A stretch of 63,971 nt of DNA, filler included, from Octopus bimaculoides (taxonomy: Eukaryota): NCBI RefSeq assembly GCF_001194135.2. It is 6 parts of 6 records of this genome, joined end to end, with 100 filler letters (N's around TTAATTAATTAA, not from the genome) between each part and the next. Parts side by side here need not be neighbours in the genome. Positions count along the whole stretch, not along the records: positions 58,405 to 62,823 come from NC_068996.1; positions 62,924 to 63,971 come from NW_026386580.1; 4 more parts are not named here. One strand, 5' to 3'. The translations under genes were made by a program, and so were the position numbers. The first letter of the stretch is position 1, and each line of letters begins with the position of its first letter. The notes below the pieces were generated by a model. It was not told the origin of the DNA. It did not search any database and was given only the letters and a program-made list of their open reading frames with translations. This document shows, in pieces, positions 62,799 to 63,971 of the stretch.

Positions 62799-63474
62799 TA
62801 TATATGTGTGTGTGTGTGTGTGTNNNNNNNNNNNNNNNNNNNNNNNNNNNNNNNNNNNNNNNNNNNNTTAATTAATTAANNNNNNNNNNNNNNNNNNNNN
62901 NNNNNNNNNNNNNNNNNNNNNNNTATATATATATATATATATCACTCTTAAATGCATACAGTCCACAGTCTTATTGGGGGAGCGGTGTGAGCTGATACGG
63001 CGTATTTACACCAGTTTAACTAAGCAACAATCTCACAAACCTCGGAGAGCCTGAAGGACTCCTAGGCTCTGCTCTTTCCTTCAGTTTCAAGCAGGAAGAA
63101 AAATTATACGCTTATATGTGTATAAAGACACGCGCACGTATGTACTTAATATGTTAATGTATGTATATATTCACATATTCATGCGTATCTACCTACCCAT
63201 CTAATTATATATGTGTATATGTGCTCGCACATGTATATGTGGATATGGGTGCTTGAAGTATGCGAGTATATTCATATATGTGTTTGTTTGGTTACATAAC
63301 TACATACGATATACGCTACATGCAAATATATGTAGCTACAGACACATACATATATATATATATACATATATATACATATATATACACATATACATACATG
63401 CATATACGAACACACATGTTTATATATATATAATAAATAATAAATAATATATGTTTATATATATAGAGAGATAG

Positions 63475-63556
63475 ATAATCATAAATATATAGGGATTGAC
63501 AGTAACCTTCTCCTGGAGAAGCAGGTTACTGTCAATCCCTATATATTTATGATTAT
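63475..63556. repeat. 82-bp near-perfect palindrome
   Basis: Perfect 34-bp arms ataatcataaatatatagggattgacagtaacct (63475-63508 and 63523-63556), with an inner cttctcc/ggagaag stem. Confidence 0.95.
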
Positions 63557-63656
63557 AAATGATTTTACCGAAAAGGGTTTTTCATACTGAGCTACCCGGC
63601 AAAATTGTTAATTATTAATTTTATTACTAATTGACGATTCCCTGCCCTGCATATCT

Positions 63657-63723
<67 letters not shown>

Positions 63724-63797
63724 TACATGCATAAATGGGTACAGGATGTCGACAACGGTGCAAATAACATATTTATGGGAGCAACGGTCTTTGAAGA

Positions 63798-63859
63798 CTC
63801 ATATTGTCGTTCAATGCTCGAAATGAGGAGTAGATAGACAGCCGACAACTGATGAAGGG
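63798..63859 (+). ncRNA. Twisted-permutation hammerhead ribozyme candidate, subfamily A, most intact copy
   Basis: CTCA-TA-TTGTCG-ttcaatg-CTC-GAAA-TGAG-gagtagatagacagc-CGACAA-CTGATGA-A-GGG. All core nucleotides are present and all three stems pair. Confidence 0.75.
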
Positions 63860-63971
63860 TCGTTTCTCTGTGTTTACTTGTCCTGTTTTCCATTTTTTCT
63901 CGTTGTTTACGAATTCCACTCCATTTCCCCTCGTTTGTTTACGTATTTTATATTATTTGCATCATTGGTCA

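Larger units (their letters stand above)
1770..62923. other. Assembly gaps (N-runs)
   Basis: N-runs at about 1770-2147, 2823-2873, 3833-4118, 5417-5901, 6935-7436, 15006-15577, 16632-16834, 20451-20679, 26211-26359, 33987-34315, 36870-36879, 41327-41630, 42135-43001 and 44309-44707, plus the five spacer gaps. Most are flanked by microsatellites. Confidence 0.98.

Noticed and set aside
63507-63600. CTGGAGA...ccGAAA read as a hammerhead spanning the palindrome
   Set aside because: The core is mutated and no stem I can be formed.

Overview
This is AT-rich eukaryotic nuclear DNA, inferred to be octopus from its very dense (TA)n/(CA)n/(GATA)n microsatellites and tRNA-derived SINE families resembling described octopus SINEs. 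About 19 N-gaps are present. Five are artificial 100-nt joins (N44-TTAATTAATTAA-N44), so the window is six separately assembled blocks. I found no intact protein-coding gene, and nearly all long ORFs in the track are translations of microsatellites or N-runs. Recognisable content includes three SINE families (about 40 copies or fragments), decayed RTE and L2/CR1-type LINEs, several Tc1/mariner remnants and MITEs, and a Penelope-like retroelement remnant. Two weak exon candidates are also present. The main observation is a set of hammerhead-ribozyme-like motifs in dispersed repeats. Four copies in two subfamilies (5232, 22341-22403, 43988-44048, 63798-63859) have the three hammerhead strands in a non-circularly permuted ('twisted') order, with compensatory stem III changes between the subfamilies. 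All folds were derived by eye and none has been tested computationally or experimentally.
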